The notes beneath the pieces are model-generated. The model did not search any database. It saw only the letters and a program-made list of their open reading frames with translations, and was not told the origin of the DNA. This document shows positions 26,163 through 35,323 of a DNA stretch of 64,000 nt, piece after piece; the first letter of the stretch is position 1, and every line of letters starts with the position of its first letter. Source of the stretch: Octopus sinensis (taxonomy: Eukaryota). The stretch covers positions 86,614,001 to 86,678,000 of the forward strand of contig NC_043001.1 of assembly GCF_006345805.1 (NCBI RefSeq). The letters run 5' to 3'. Both the position numbers and the translations under genes were made by a program.

Positions 26163-28091
26163 AATGGTATCAACCAAACTATTGGATGTTGTTATACATC
26201 ACTCATCACAATGTGCTTCACATTGTTTTAGCCTTCGAATGATGCCAGCCTACTGGTTAGACAAGCAGGCCAACATTCCCCCTGATCAGAAGACAATTCT
26301 ATCACAGGGTTGCCCATTTACAGCTGGGTGGACTGGAACAATGTGAAATGAAGTGTTTTGCTCAAGAACACAATGCACTGCCCAGTCCAGGAATTGAACC
26401 CATGATCTAATGATTGTGAGTGCAATACCCTAACCACTAGGCCATGTACCTTTACTGTGTGGAAGCCTCTTCTGTATGCGTGTATGCACCCACACACATA
26501 TATTAGATAATAAAATGAATGATTTATATGTAGTAGCTTACTGGTAAAGCACATTCCCTCTCACAGTGTTCGTTAAATATATGGTAAATGAAAGAGAACA
26601 CACTTATTTCTTTATTGCCTACAAGGGGCTAAACATAGAGGGGCAAACAAGGACAGACAAAGGGATTAAGATGATTACATTGACCTCAGTGCGTAACTGG
26701 TACTTAATTTATCGACCCTGAAAGGATGAAAGGCAAAGTTGACCTCGGCAGAATTTGAACTCAGAACATAATGGGAGACGAAATACTGCTAAGCATTTCG
26801 CCCAGCATGCTAATGTTTCTGCCAGCTTGCCACCTTATGAAAGACAACACACTGTGAAAGTATCCTATGCTAACTCTACTAAGTTTAGAGCACCATATGC
26901 ACTGCATAAACAATGGTAAAATGCAGCAACAGTTCAATAACTCACCTACTGGATCTAGCAAACATATGCATCTAAATACTAATGAAGGAAATTACTTACA
27001 TTAGACGGATATTTGTCCTTATCTTGTTTGTTGATAACACAACGTTTCGGCTGATGTACCCTCCAGCTTTCATCAGGTGTCTTGGGGAAATTTCGAACCT
27101 GGGTTCTCATTCCTAAGGTATTTTTCGATGTTGTTGTTCAAGTCAATGCTTGGAATCAAAATCACAATTTTGGAGTTAGTAGCATGCGCTCTTAACCACT
27201 ATGCCATATGCCCCTGGGCAATTATGGAGTGAATTTTAGGACTTATAAATCTAATATTTTTCTATCCTTCCTTAATACTGGTTCCCATATGCTGCTCATA
27301 TCTGCACTCGGTCTGCTTAGGAGGTTGTTGTGTCCTAGCATATGTGCTGCTTCTTTTAGCTTTTGTATTTTCCAGTGGTAAAACCACCAATAGAAGAGAA
27401 TAAGACCAAAGACTGTGTGTACTCCATCTCATGCATCTATGGTAGGTTATAAAAAGGTGAAACATGCCGCCCCCTCAAAATAAGGGTAGACGGAACATCG
27501 CAAAGCTGTGACTTGAGGAGATATTGATAAATTGGGTATAGCTGATCATGTATGGAAAAATGGAGACCACCTTCCCCTGCGGGATGAAGTTAAAATAATA
27601 GACAGAGAACACCAGTGGAAAATACAAAAACTAAAAGAAGCAGCACATATGCTAGGACACAACAAACTCCTAAGCAGACCGAGTGCAGATATGAGCAGCA
27701 TATGGGAACCGGTATTAAGGAAGGATAGGAAAAATATTAGATTTATAAGCCCTAAAAATTCACTCCATAATTGCCCACGGGCATATGGCGTAGTGATTAA
27801 GAGTGAAGGCTACTTACCCCAAGATTCCAAGTTCGATTCCAAGCAGTGACTTGAACAATAATAATAACATCGAAAAATTTAGCATGTAGGCATGGAAAAT
27901 TAAACATAAAACTGATGCTGATGATTCTCTTTCTAATCTTCTCCATTTCTCTTTCTAATTTTTTTCCAATTCAATTTTCTATTCTTTATTTTCAGACATT
28001 CTTGAATTGTGCTGGTAATCCTCAATGTCCAATAACAGTAACCAAGGAAGGACTAAAATGTCCTGATCTTGATGTGGCACTTTGTGCTTAA
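1056..28091 (+). CDS. Gelsolin/severin-like actin-severing protein (3 gelsolin repeats), 5'-partial, spliced: join(1056-1127,1953-2080,3559-3667,5937-6047,8265-8348,9361-9443,12462-12528,20098-20193,27996-28091)
   Basis: All introns GT-AG with consistent phases (0,2,0,0,0,2,0,0). The spliced product has gelsolin motifs [71 protein letters not shown]...VWVG..AS..EK; stop TAA at 28089-28091. Confidence 0.93.
1953..2080 (+). CDS. Gelsolin-like exon ([42 protein letters not shown])
   Basis: ttttag acceptor, gtaagt donor; repeat-1 actin-binding helix. Confidence 0.95.
3073..3450 (+). mobile_element. Two tandem copies of a short tRNA-derived SINE with a Nin/Deu-like central domain
   Basis: gagttcaaattc box-B-like head followed by ggtcaactttgccttttatcctttc...aaatgagtaccag; same family at 9056, 25876, 26604, 41673. 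Confidence 0.65.
3559..3667 (+). CDS. Gelsolin-like exon ([36 protein letters not shown])
   Basis: ttacag acceptor, gtaagt donor; G1-G2 linker GG..TGFRHV..PRLL. Confidence 0.95.
3790..4030 (+). mobile_element. RTE LINE 3'-UTR fragment
   Basis: gtggcacgtaa.agcacc...gagtggttggc.ttaggaagggcatccagc...ccaacccatgctagcat, shared with the UTR attached to the RTE ORF end at 14127-14716. Confidence 0.6.
5463..5844. mobile_element. MITE with PIF/Harbinger-like ends, inserted inside a SINE
   Basis: Inverted ends taagggcagtttcacacctctccttgaaaaatgc / gcatttttcaaggagcagtgtgaaattgcatta; the SINE sequence resumes on the other side. Confidence 0.55.
5937..6047 (+). CDS. Gelsolin-like exon ([37 protein letters not shown])
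   Basis: ttttag acceptor, gtaata donor; LN..DVFILD repeat-2 motif. Confidence 0.93.
6805..6978 (+). mobile_element. 3' end of a CR1-like LINE with an (AATTG)n tail
   Basis: Matches the reverse complement of 45700-45870, which is attached to CR1-like coding sequence. Confidence 0.6.
8265..8348 (+). CDS. Gelsolin-like exon ([28 protein letters not shown])
   Basis: ttttag acceptor, gtaagt donor, 84 bp in frame. Confidence 0.9.
9056..9270 (+). mobile_element. Nin-like tRNA SINE
   Basis: gagctggcagaaatgttagc...ttctgagttcaaattccgccaaggtcaactttg. Confidence 0.65.
9361..9443 (+). CDS. Gelsolin-like exon ([28 protein letters not shown])
   Basis: ttctag acceptor, gtattt donor; acidic G2-G3 linker and K.LYR. 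Confidence 0.88.
9580..10260. mobile_element. Old Penelope-like remnant with inverted, decayed hammerhead-bearing pLTR pieces
   Basis: Inverted copies at ~9665-9712 (-) and ~10165-10212 (+); their consensus is cagt-CTGAC(G)A-tggct..aggcc-GAAA-CTTCGAAG-TC-actg. Confidence 0.5.
10331..10747 (-). mobile_element. Abundant ~420-bp tRNA-derived SINE with internal (TA)/(TG) microsatellite
   Basis: Head ggagtggctgtgtg.taagtagcttgc...ggttcagtcccactgcgtggcaccttgggcaag; tail gactgaaacaagtaaaagag; many copies in the window. Confidence 0.85.
10770..11058 (+). mobile_element. RTE LINE 3'-UTR fragment with (GAT)n tail
   Basis: Tandem gtggcac.taaaaagcacc units, then ccaacccatgctagcatggaaa...gatgatgatga. 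Confidence 0.65.
11789..12230 (+). mobile_element. Full-length ~420-bp tRNA SINE
   Basis: Same family as 10331-10747, opposite orientation. Confidence 0.85.
12462..12528 (+). CDS. Gelsolin-like exon ([22 protein letters not shown])
   Basis: tttag acceptor, gtaaga donor, 67 bp completing the phase-2 codon. Confidence 0.85.
13165..13560 (+). mobile_element. RTE LINE 3'-UTR fragment
   Basis: Several tandem ~55-65-bp units and a (GAT)n tail. Confidence 0.65.
13871..14110 (+). mobile_element. tRNA-derived SINE (third family)
   Basis: Box A tggcttagtgg, box B ggtttcgattcc; related copies at 26315-26450 and 33544-33833. Confidence 0.65.
14127..14716 (+). mobile_element. 5'-truncated RTE LINE: ORF C-terminus plus 3' UTR
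   Basis: Translates [42 protein letters not shown] (RTE C-terminal GRP..W motif); then (AAATC)n, tandem UTR units and a (GAT)n tail. Confidence 0.8.
15290..16180 (+). mobile_element. Degenerate CRE-like non-LTR retrotransposon (C-terminal zinc finger and restriction-like endonuclease)
   Basis: [15 protein letters not shown]...ELRISITLR.., C.....D....H..SC, then [22 protein letters not shown]...DSFAPSH; many stops. Confidence 0.65.
16320..16610. mobile_element. Head-to-head inverted pLTR-like remnant with a hammerhead-like motif
   Basis: 24-bp perfect arms 16498-16521 / 16523-16546; outer arms tctggggagagtcattttctttttgt / acaaaaagaaaatgactctccccaga. Confidence 0.6.
16620..18985 (-). mobile_element. 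5'-truncated CR1-clade LINE (end of APE, RT, C-terminus) with an (ATT)n tail
   Basis: ORF 16947-19022 has [13 protein letters not shown] (APE end), [59 protein letters not shown] small deletion near 16955 shifts the frame to [14 protein letters not shown]. Possible TATTATAA TSD (low complexity). Confidence 0.9.
19470..19960 (+). mobile_element. Degenerate LINE 3' fragment (CR1/Jockey group)
   Basis: [11 protein letters not shown] motif at ~19491, A-rich end. Confidence 0.5.
20098..20193 (+). CDS. Gelsolin-like exon ([32 protein letters not shown])
   Basis: ctgcag acceptor, gtaagt donor; repeat-3 DVF..VWVG..AS..EK motif. Confidence 0.93.
20561..20598 (-). ncRNA. Minimal type I hammerhead ribozyme (3' pLTR)
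   Basis: CUGU-CUGAUGA-ACG GCAA CGA-GAAA-CUCAGAG-UA-ACAG: stem I CUGU/ACAG, 2-bp stem II with a GNRA loop, near-palindromic stem III, GUA cleavage triplet. Confidence 0.8.
21691..23828 (-). pseudogene. PLE ORF (RT + GIY-YIG endonuclease), split by one frameshift in a T-run at ~22946-22951
   Basis: NIPIP..Y...[60 protein letters not shown]...CPLEGKC, GVVY..YTG, C.LC..EK, CRH. Confidence 0.9.
24000..24037 (-). ncRNA. Minimal type I hammerhead ribozyme (5' pLTR)
   Basis: Identical to 20561-20598. Confidence 0.8.
24680..25866 (-). mobile_element. Tc1-like transposon remnant, one TIR retained
   Basis: [34 protein letters not shown] (DD34E type); end CAGGGGTTGGACAAAATAATGGAAAC with TA at 25867. 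Confidence 0.85.
25876..26102 (-). mobile_element. Nin-like SINE with an 18-bp TSD
   Basis: caacccctgtatatatat at 25858-25875 and 26103-26120. Confidence 0.8.
26604..26836 (-). mobile_element. Nin-like SINE
   Basis: Near-identical to 25876-26102. Confidence 0.75.
26960..27876. mobile_element. Penelope/Poseidon-like PLE remnant: GIY-YIG C-terminus with an inverted duplicated 3' end
   Basis: + strand [12 protein letters not shown]...[23 protein letters not shown]...KLKEA; 27121-27378 is the inverted copy of 27611-27876; hammerhead at 27037. Confidence 0.75.
27037..27080 (-). ncRNA. Minimal type I hammerhead ribozyme
   Basis: ACAC-CUGAUGA-AAGCUG..CAGCC-GAAA-CG-UU-GUGU; palindromic AACGUU stem III. 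Confidence 0.7.
27996..28091 (+). CDS. Gelsolin-like terminal coding exon ([31 protein letters not shown])
   Basis: Long polypyrimidine tract plus ttcag acceptor; P..PITV..EG motif; TAA stop followed by AT-rich non-repetitive UTR-like DNA. Confidence 0.85.
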   Translation, partial: TFLNCAGNPQCPITVTKEGLKCPDLDVALCA

Positions 28092-28524
28092 GCACCACTG
28101 TATCCTGTCTTTCACTCTTAATCTTTTTCTTTTGTATAACGTTCAATCTTGACTTACAATATTTACTTGTAATAACTAATCATGTTACCTTAATTACTTA
28201 CTAACCAAAATATATAAACAATAAACAAACTACATCTAAACCAGCACTTCAGTATTTCTACCACCTTTTCAAATATAATCAACTTCAAGCAATTTATTAA
28301 AATGCATTCTGTGTTATACAACACAGGTATTACAATTTCAAAGACATACACCTTGCCTTAAATGTAATAGACACCTGAATACAAGTTATTGTTTATTTTT
28401 TTTTTTTACTACTACACTTTATAAGCATAACTAAAATCTTTTCTCAGTTCTTTGTAATACCAATAATGTTTATATATTTCCATTACACTGTAAAATGACA
28501 ATTAAATGTTTCTTTCAATAATGA

Positions 28525-28530
28525 AATAAA
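28525..28530 (+). promoter_or_regulatory. Candidate poly(A) signal of the gelsolin-like gene (alternative AATAAA at 28220-28225)
   Basis: AATAAA followed ~25 nt later by a T-rich tract. Confidence 0.45.
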
Positions 28531-28752
28531 GTGACATTTGAAATACTTTGGAGATTTTTTTTGATTTTTTTAAAAGTATTTTTTTATTATTTTTATATTT
28601 ATTTATCAAGGCCTTTTTCCTGTTGATGGGGGTAGCCACAAGACACACACTAGGCATTTTATTCATTTCCCAGCTCAGAGGCGAGCCCCAACCTATGCTT
28701 GGGTCGAGGCATAAAAGCAACCCCGCATATCAGCAGGGGGGATTTGACAGTA

Positions 28753-29131
28753 CACTTGCGTCAGAAATTAATTAGCACTTCTCAAATTTCTACATTAAAT
28801 AGGTTAAATCAATTAACCTATGAGCTGTTCAAAACGTCTTACGCGATGAGAAAACTTAGTATGGTGTGATTTCGGTCCTTGCGAGGCGCTACCTATATCT
28901 ATTAAACAAAGGAAGTTTGTCTGCATCCGCACTCCAAGTTGTTGTTGCACTGCTATGTCAACATCATAAGGCTGTAGACTCTCAAACTGCTCTGCAAACA
29001 AAGTTATGTCATCGTTCTGCGCAACAGTGAACTCGCAACAAAGCAATAGTTCGAGATATGGCCACTAGGTGACAGCACATACCTTGAGTGAAGAGCAAAT
29101 CAAGGGTGCTAATTAATTTCTGACGGTAGTG
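28753..29131. mobile_element. Tc1/mariner-type MITE
   Basis: TIRs cacttgcgtcagaaattaattagcac / gtgctaattaatttctgacggtagtg, TA on both sides. Confidence 0.75.
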
Positions 29132-29189
29132 TATATGCTGGTTTCCTCCGTCGCATCATGCTGGTACCTTACCCTTTTGAGCAATATCA

Positions 29190-29550
29190 ATTCACTCATC
29201 CTTTCACAAACACTCTCCAAGCTTTCCTATTATTTATAAACTCTCTTGCCTCTCTCACTCCAACACCTCTAACCACCAAAGCTTTCCTCACTCCATCCAT
29301 CCACACAAACTGAGGTTTGCCTCTGGTTCTGCTACCTACCACTTCTGCCTTCATAATCTCCTTACCAACCACTCCTCATTCATCCTTTCCATGTGGCCAA
29401 ACCACCTCAACATTCGTCTATCCATTCCAGTACATAGATTTTCTCTCATTCCTCATCCTGTCCATCTGTGTCACACCAACCATAGCCCTCAAACACATGT
29501 GGTCGCTTCCTTTCTGCTTTTCTCAGACCTCACGTCTCTGCACCATATAA
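29190..29550 (-). mobile_element. RTE LINE C-terminal fragment
   Basis: LRWFGHMERMNEE...GSRTRGKPQFVWMDGVRKAL. Confidence 0.65.
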
Positions 29551-29698
29551 CAAATGTTATTTGTTTTATAAACATTTTAAAACAAACTTAATGTATTTCT
29601 CATAAAAATTAAACCAAAAATGAAGTCGGATTGGTTTTTGAAATGAACATAGCGTTATATGTTCCCACTTGCCCTGTCCAGTTCTCTGCACCACTTGC

Positions 29699-30074
29699 TT
29701 TACTCTTTTACTTGTTTCAGTCATTTGGCTGTGGCCATGCTGGAGCACTGCCTTATTCTTTGTAAGCCTAGTACTTATTCTATCAGTCTCTTTTGCCAAA
29801 ACGTAAGTTACGGTGACTCAAACACACCAGCATCGGTTGTCAAGCGATGTTGAGGGGACAAACACTGACACACAAACACACACACACATATACATATATA
29901 TACACATATACGATGGGCTTCTTTCAGAGTCTGTCTACCAAATTCACTCACAAGGCTTTGGTCGGCTCGAGGCTATAGTAGGATACACTTGCCCAAAGTG
30001 CCACGCAGGGGGACTGAACCCGGAACCATGTGGTTGATAAGCAAGCAACTTACCACATAACCACTCCTGCACCT
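29699..30074 (-). mobile_element. ~420-bp family tRNA SINE
   Basis: Same head and tail as 11789-12230. Confidence 0.8.
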
Positions 30075-30704
30075 ACTTTATATACAATTTCTTGTAACAT
30101 GAGTGTATGCCTGATACATCTTCACCACTGTCTTCTTACTTTTCCAACTGGGGTAATCATGTCTCTCTACCACAGCAAGACACCTGTTTCTGTTCCTTTG
30201 TTATACTTTATCCTCTCATCACCAAGCATAAAGCCACTGCCCTGAATACTACAACCCTCCTCAGTTGAAGGGTTCTCTCTTGCATGTTACTTGGTGATCT
30301 CACTGGTGCTTCCTTTCACTTCCATTAGTAGGGAATAAATAAATTGAATAAAGGACTGTGTAGCCAATTTAAAGCAGTGGACCTTCAAAGAAGATCATCA
30401 TTATGGATGTCCATTCCATTTCATAATTTTTGTTTATGATGTGGAGAATGATGCATAGCATATTAATGCCATCATATTTGATAATAATTCTAAGCTGTAT
30501 GAAACAAGAAATGGAAAAGTGGTCAACATTGACTCCTAGAGTAAGGTCTATGTGGATATCCAAGGAATCAAATATCCGAGACAATTCTGAGTATCAAGGG
30601 CACCGAATTATTATCAGTGTAATTGTTCTTTATCAGTTAGAATTATTATCAATATATTGTTCATTATCAATTTCATTAGGTATTTTCATTAAATAAGAAG
30701 TGTC

Positions 30705-31640
30705 TATTGCCACTTAAACATGACTGTTCTGTAAGACCCAACACTGCTTTTTTAACCCTAGGAGAACACTTCCTCCTGCTGGTTATTCAATGCAATTTGC
30801 ACCTGATGTACATTGCAAGCAGGGAAGTGAAACCCTGCAACCTTCCAGCCATGAGACCACCAGTCTGTACAGTTTCAACCTCTTTGTGGTCATTCTCAGT
30901 GTTGGATACTCACTCATTGAAAATAGCAGTAATTCACTCCAGCTCACAATATATAGAAAAACAAGTGACACACAGTCACTGATCTTGCAACAAACAAATT
31001 AGCGAGTTAGAAAACCTCTATCAGAGATAAATGCGGTAACTATACAGAGATAATGTTTATTGCTACTTAAACATGGCTGTTCCATAAGAACCAATGTTAC
31101 TACTATTTTTAACCCCAGTAGGATGTTTCCTCCAGCTGATTATTCAATGCAATCTGCACCAAATGTATATTGCAAGCAGGGGAGTGAACCCCTACTGTCT
31201 TCCAGCCATGAGACTACCAGATTGTATGGTTTTGCCCTCATTATGCTCATCCTCAGTGATGGATAGTCCCCTGTTAGAGATAGCAGTAGTTCACTCCAGT
31301 TTGCAATATATAGAAAACCAAGCAACACATAGTCACTAATCTTACAATAAACAAATTAGCTAATTAGAAAATCTCTATAGGAGATATATATACCTGACAT
31401 ATATTGCAAGCACTACAAGACCAGTGATTGTGTTTTCACAATCACTTGCAATAAATATATTGGGTACAGATTGCATAAGATCAAATAAGCAGCTGGAGGA
31501 GGTGTCCTCCTGGGGCTAAAAACAGCAGTAACATCAGTTCCTATGGAACAGCCACTTTTAAATGGCAATAGAAATTACTTTCCAGTATAGTTATTGCTCT
31601 CATCTCTTATAGAGATTTTCTAACTAGCTAATTTGTTTCT
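30705..31640. repeat. Two diverged tandem ~355-bp units plus an inverted partial copy (probably PLE pLTR-derived)
   Basis: 30705-31030 ~ 31058-31385; 31445-31640 is an inverted copy; a segment is shared with 9580-9655. Confidence 0.6.
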
Positions 31641-31706
31641 TTAAATATTACAGAGATGTACTTGCATAGCAAGTGACCTGATCTGAGATCGTGAGCTGGA
31701 ACGAAA

Positions 31707-31938
31707 ACAATTGCAGCGTAGAAGGTGTTTATAAGCCATTTAAGAAACACACAAAAACCTTTAGATTCACTTCAACATTTAAATTTAATTTGTCAAAATA
31801 TTTTCGTCGCTTTGAGACCGCGACCTGTTCACTGACGAAATTCCGTGCTGCACAAATTAAATTTAAATGTTGAAGTGAATCTAACGGTTTTTGCGTGTTT
31901 CTTAAATGGCTTATAAACACCTTCCACGCTGCAGTTGT
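31707..31938. repeat. Long inverted repeat (~87-bp arms) enclosing a hammerhead-like motif
   Basis: 31707-31793 vs 31852-31938, few mismatches. Confidence 0.8.
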
Positions 31939-32146
31939 GTTCTTTAAATATGATTTTTATCAAAAAGTAGTGAGACAAAAGAACAAAAGAATTGCTGTTT
32001 TCAAATCAAGAAATCTTTTTATGAATTATTTGTAATTTCACTTTAGAAATTTACATGATGGGAGATGATAAATTATCAACAATTCTATGAACATGTCAAT
32101 GATATTAGAGGTTTGCTGATCCTTGGTGTAAAATTAAGGCAAACTA

Positions 32147-32708
32147 TTGGGTTGTCTGGAAAGTTCGTGTCGATTTTTAAAGAAAAGAAAAAGGTCAATA
32201 AATACTTGTCATTACATTTTTAGTCAACCAAATATGAACCATTTTGTTGCACAATGCGTCTCCATCTTTCCTTTAACTTGAAAATACCCCCATCCCAGAA
32301 ATGAGGTGGTTCCATGGCAAAGAATTCATCAAGATATCTTTTTACGTCATCCAAGGAATTGAAATTTTTACCATTAAAACTATTCTGCAGAGAACTGAAT
32401 AAGTGGAAATCCGAAGGAGCAATATCTTGTGAATATGGAGGGTGCGGTAACACATCCCAGCAGAGCTGCAGCAATTTTTGTCTGGTTCCTAAAGCATCAA
32501 GTGCAAAAAATGAACTTTCTTATCCTCCATTTTAAAGGGTTACAGAATTAACACAGGTTATAGGAACATAAACTTTCTTCCCTGAAAAGATAGCTTAAAC
32601 TGTGCTCTAAATGGAGGTGTAGTCAAATCCTATTTTATGGACTCTACCATGTTCTAAAATAAGTCGAAAGCTAAGCTACTATAAATCGGCACGAACTTTC
32701 CGGACAAC

Positions 32709-32712
<4 letters not shown>
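32147..32712 (-). mobile_element. Internally deleted mariner element
   Basis: TIRs ttgggttgtctggaaagttcgtgtcgattt / aaatcggcacgaactttccggacaacccaa, TA flanks; HPPYSQDIAPSDFHLF (YSPDLAP.D motif). Confidence 0.9.
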
Positions 32713-32756
<44 letters not shown>

Positions 32757-33543
32757 GTATATAATTTCAATACAACGATGCATCAAAATAATTTAAGACA
32801 CAAACAATTAAACATAACCTAGAAATTCAATATGGAAAAAATGTGAATTATGGAAAAACAAAGCCATAGACTAATATAATATTTAAAAGGGTTTATTCAA
32901 ATTACTATTGTACATGTGTTTATACGTTCAAGTTTTAAAATAGCTATCATTACTTGAGGAACTGAAATTTAAATAAATATTAAAAATGAAGAAAATTTCA
33001 GCATTTTGTATTACATGTGTAATACCAAACCTTATATTTTCTTCACTTTGAACTGTTATTTAGATTTTAGTTTGCTGAGGAAATGATGACTACTTTATTA
33101 TAGTCCTCTGTGAATTCCAACCCTTCCTCACTGTGGTGCAGAGGTGTAACACAAGCAGAGGATTGCTTACAGAAGCTATACCGTCAGTGATGACGACTTT
33201 TTGTCCAAGAATTATCTTGCATTACTAGTGTGGTGGGCAGATCCTATCAGAACCCTGAAAATGTGGATAACAGGGATCTGGTGTCTTATGACTTTTTATG
33301 TTGATGGCATGTCTTTTTACCAACGGCTGAAGAATTACTTTGCCCAACATCGGTTGGATTTTGAAGCATGGGCGAGCTTAAAGACGTTACCAGACAAACT
33401 TAGATTTATGGCATTCCACTGCAGCTCTCTTGGGGACCTCAATTTTCATGCAATCTTCGTTGCTATGGAAACCATCCTTATGAAGGCAAAGTTAGTGCAT
33501 CTGGGGACTGCGTACCTACAAATCACCCAAAACAAATCTCTGC

Positions 33544-33833
33544 TGTTTGTTGTTCCTTCTCAAGCCACGTCTGGCTCATAAGGGCCGGTTTCCCGGTTTC
33601 CTTGGCGTATAGGATTCCCCACCTGGACGGGAAGCCGGTCCGTTGCAGGTGAGCTGCAAGATGCAGGAGGAAAGAGTGAGAGAAAGTTGTGGCGAAAGAG
33701 TCAGCAGAAGTTCGCCATTACCTTCCGCGTGGAGCTTAGGTGTTTCGCTCATAAACACACACATCGCCCGGTCTGATATTCGAACCCACGATCCCTCGAT
33801 CGCGAGTCCGCTGCTCTAGGCCATGTGCCTCCA
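33544..33833 (-). mobile_element. tRNA SINE with a 16-bp TSD
   Basis: caaaacaaatctctgc at 33528-33543 and 33834-33849; ggttcgaat box B on the minus strand. Confidence 0.75.
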
Positions 33834-33849
33834 CAAAACAAATCTCTGC

Positions 33850-35287
33850 ACAAGCTCTGTCTTCTTTGTTTTTTCTCTCCACTTCAAAATCCTGTGGAGA
33901 TGGGCTGCAAGTGACAGAAACAGGAATTGGGTGTTACTGGATGTCTCTAGTTTGTTACCTGCACGCAGATGGTTAGGCAAGATGATCACTGGAATATGAG
34001 CGGGGGAACTAAGCATCCCCCCGGTCCTACTTACATGTCCTGGCAGGCTTATACAGGAATAGCATCGCCTGCCTCAGAAGAGGGAGGGTGTTGAAAAGGT
34101 GACTCAAGCATTTCTAGTCTTCTTTTTCCAGGACAGGCAAGCACACCTGTCTGGCCATCCCATCTGCAGTTGAACAAAAAGGAAACATCTAATATTTGCA
34201 ATTAGGAACATCTGAAATCTTCAAGATAATAGGAATAATGAGAGATCACAATGCCAAATTGCTCTCATTGTGAATGAACTGAAACAGTAAAACATTGATA
34301 TCGCTGCTCTCAGTGAAACATGATTTGCAAACGAAGGTTCTCTCCCTGAAAAAGGCGAAAATGGCATACAGTTTTCTGTGAAGGCCTCCCAGAAGATATC
34401 AATCATAATCATAGTGTTGGGTTTACAAACCATTCTTCTCTCCTGAAAAATGTACCAGATCTTCCGACGAGAATTAATGAACATCTGATCTTTCTGAGAA
34501 TACTACTCTCGAAGAATAGTTTGGCCACAGTAATTAGTTGACCGTTGGGTCTATCGAATAGAATAAAAATTCATTTAATGAAAAAACTTGACAGTGTTTT
34601 CCAATCTATTCGTCACTTGGATGAAATTATTCTCCTTGGTGATTTCAACATTAGAGTTAGTCAGGATTTCCAATCCTATGGTGTCGGAAAACAAAATTCA
34701 GGCCTTCAACTACTCACACTTTGTCCAGAGCATCGACTAGTCATCAACACTTCTCTGTTTCAACCAGCTGAGAAGTATGAAACCTCATAGAGATACCTAA
34801 GATCTAATACTTGGCACTGGCTGGACTATGTTATAATTCGACGAAGAAATATCAGAGATGTTCAGTACACCAGATCAATGGTGAATGCTGGAAGGATCGT
34901 GTGTTCCGCTCTAAAATGTCTCTCCATCGAAGACCCTTCCACGCTTGAATGTAGATAGCCTTTCTTATAAGCGAAAGCAGAAAGAACTCGAATGAATCTA
35001 TAACTCGCAATTGAAAACCTACATGATCTTTCAACAATACAAAATTCCAATCAACAAGAAATCAACAATCTCTAGGATCTTGCAATATGAATAAGTGAAG
35101 TAGTAAGTCTACACTCCGCACAACTATCAGTAAAAATCCTGACTGGTTCAGTGAATCCTTATCAATAATCAAACCTGTTACTTGCAAAATACAATGTTCA
35201 CAATGCCTACTTAATGAATCCAAGATTCAGAACGCTTCTTCAAAAACAGAAAGAAACCGTCTCTAAAGCACAGTGTATGCTAAGAAA

Positions 35288-35290
<3 letters not shown>
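33850..35290 (+). mobile_element. Degenerate RTE (BovB-like) LINE, endonuclease region
   Basis: ALIVNELKQ.NIDIAALSET.FANEGSL; ILLGDFNIRV; WHWLDYVI.RR. Confidence 0.7.
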
Positions 35291-35322
<32 letters not shown>

Positions 35323-35323
<1 letters not shown>

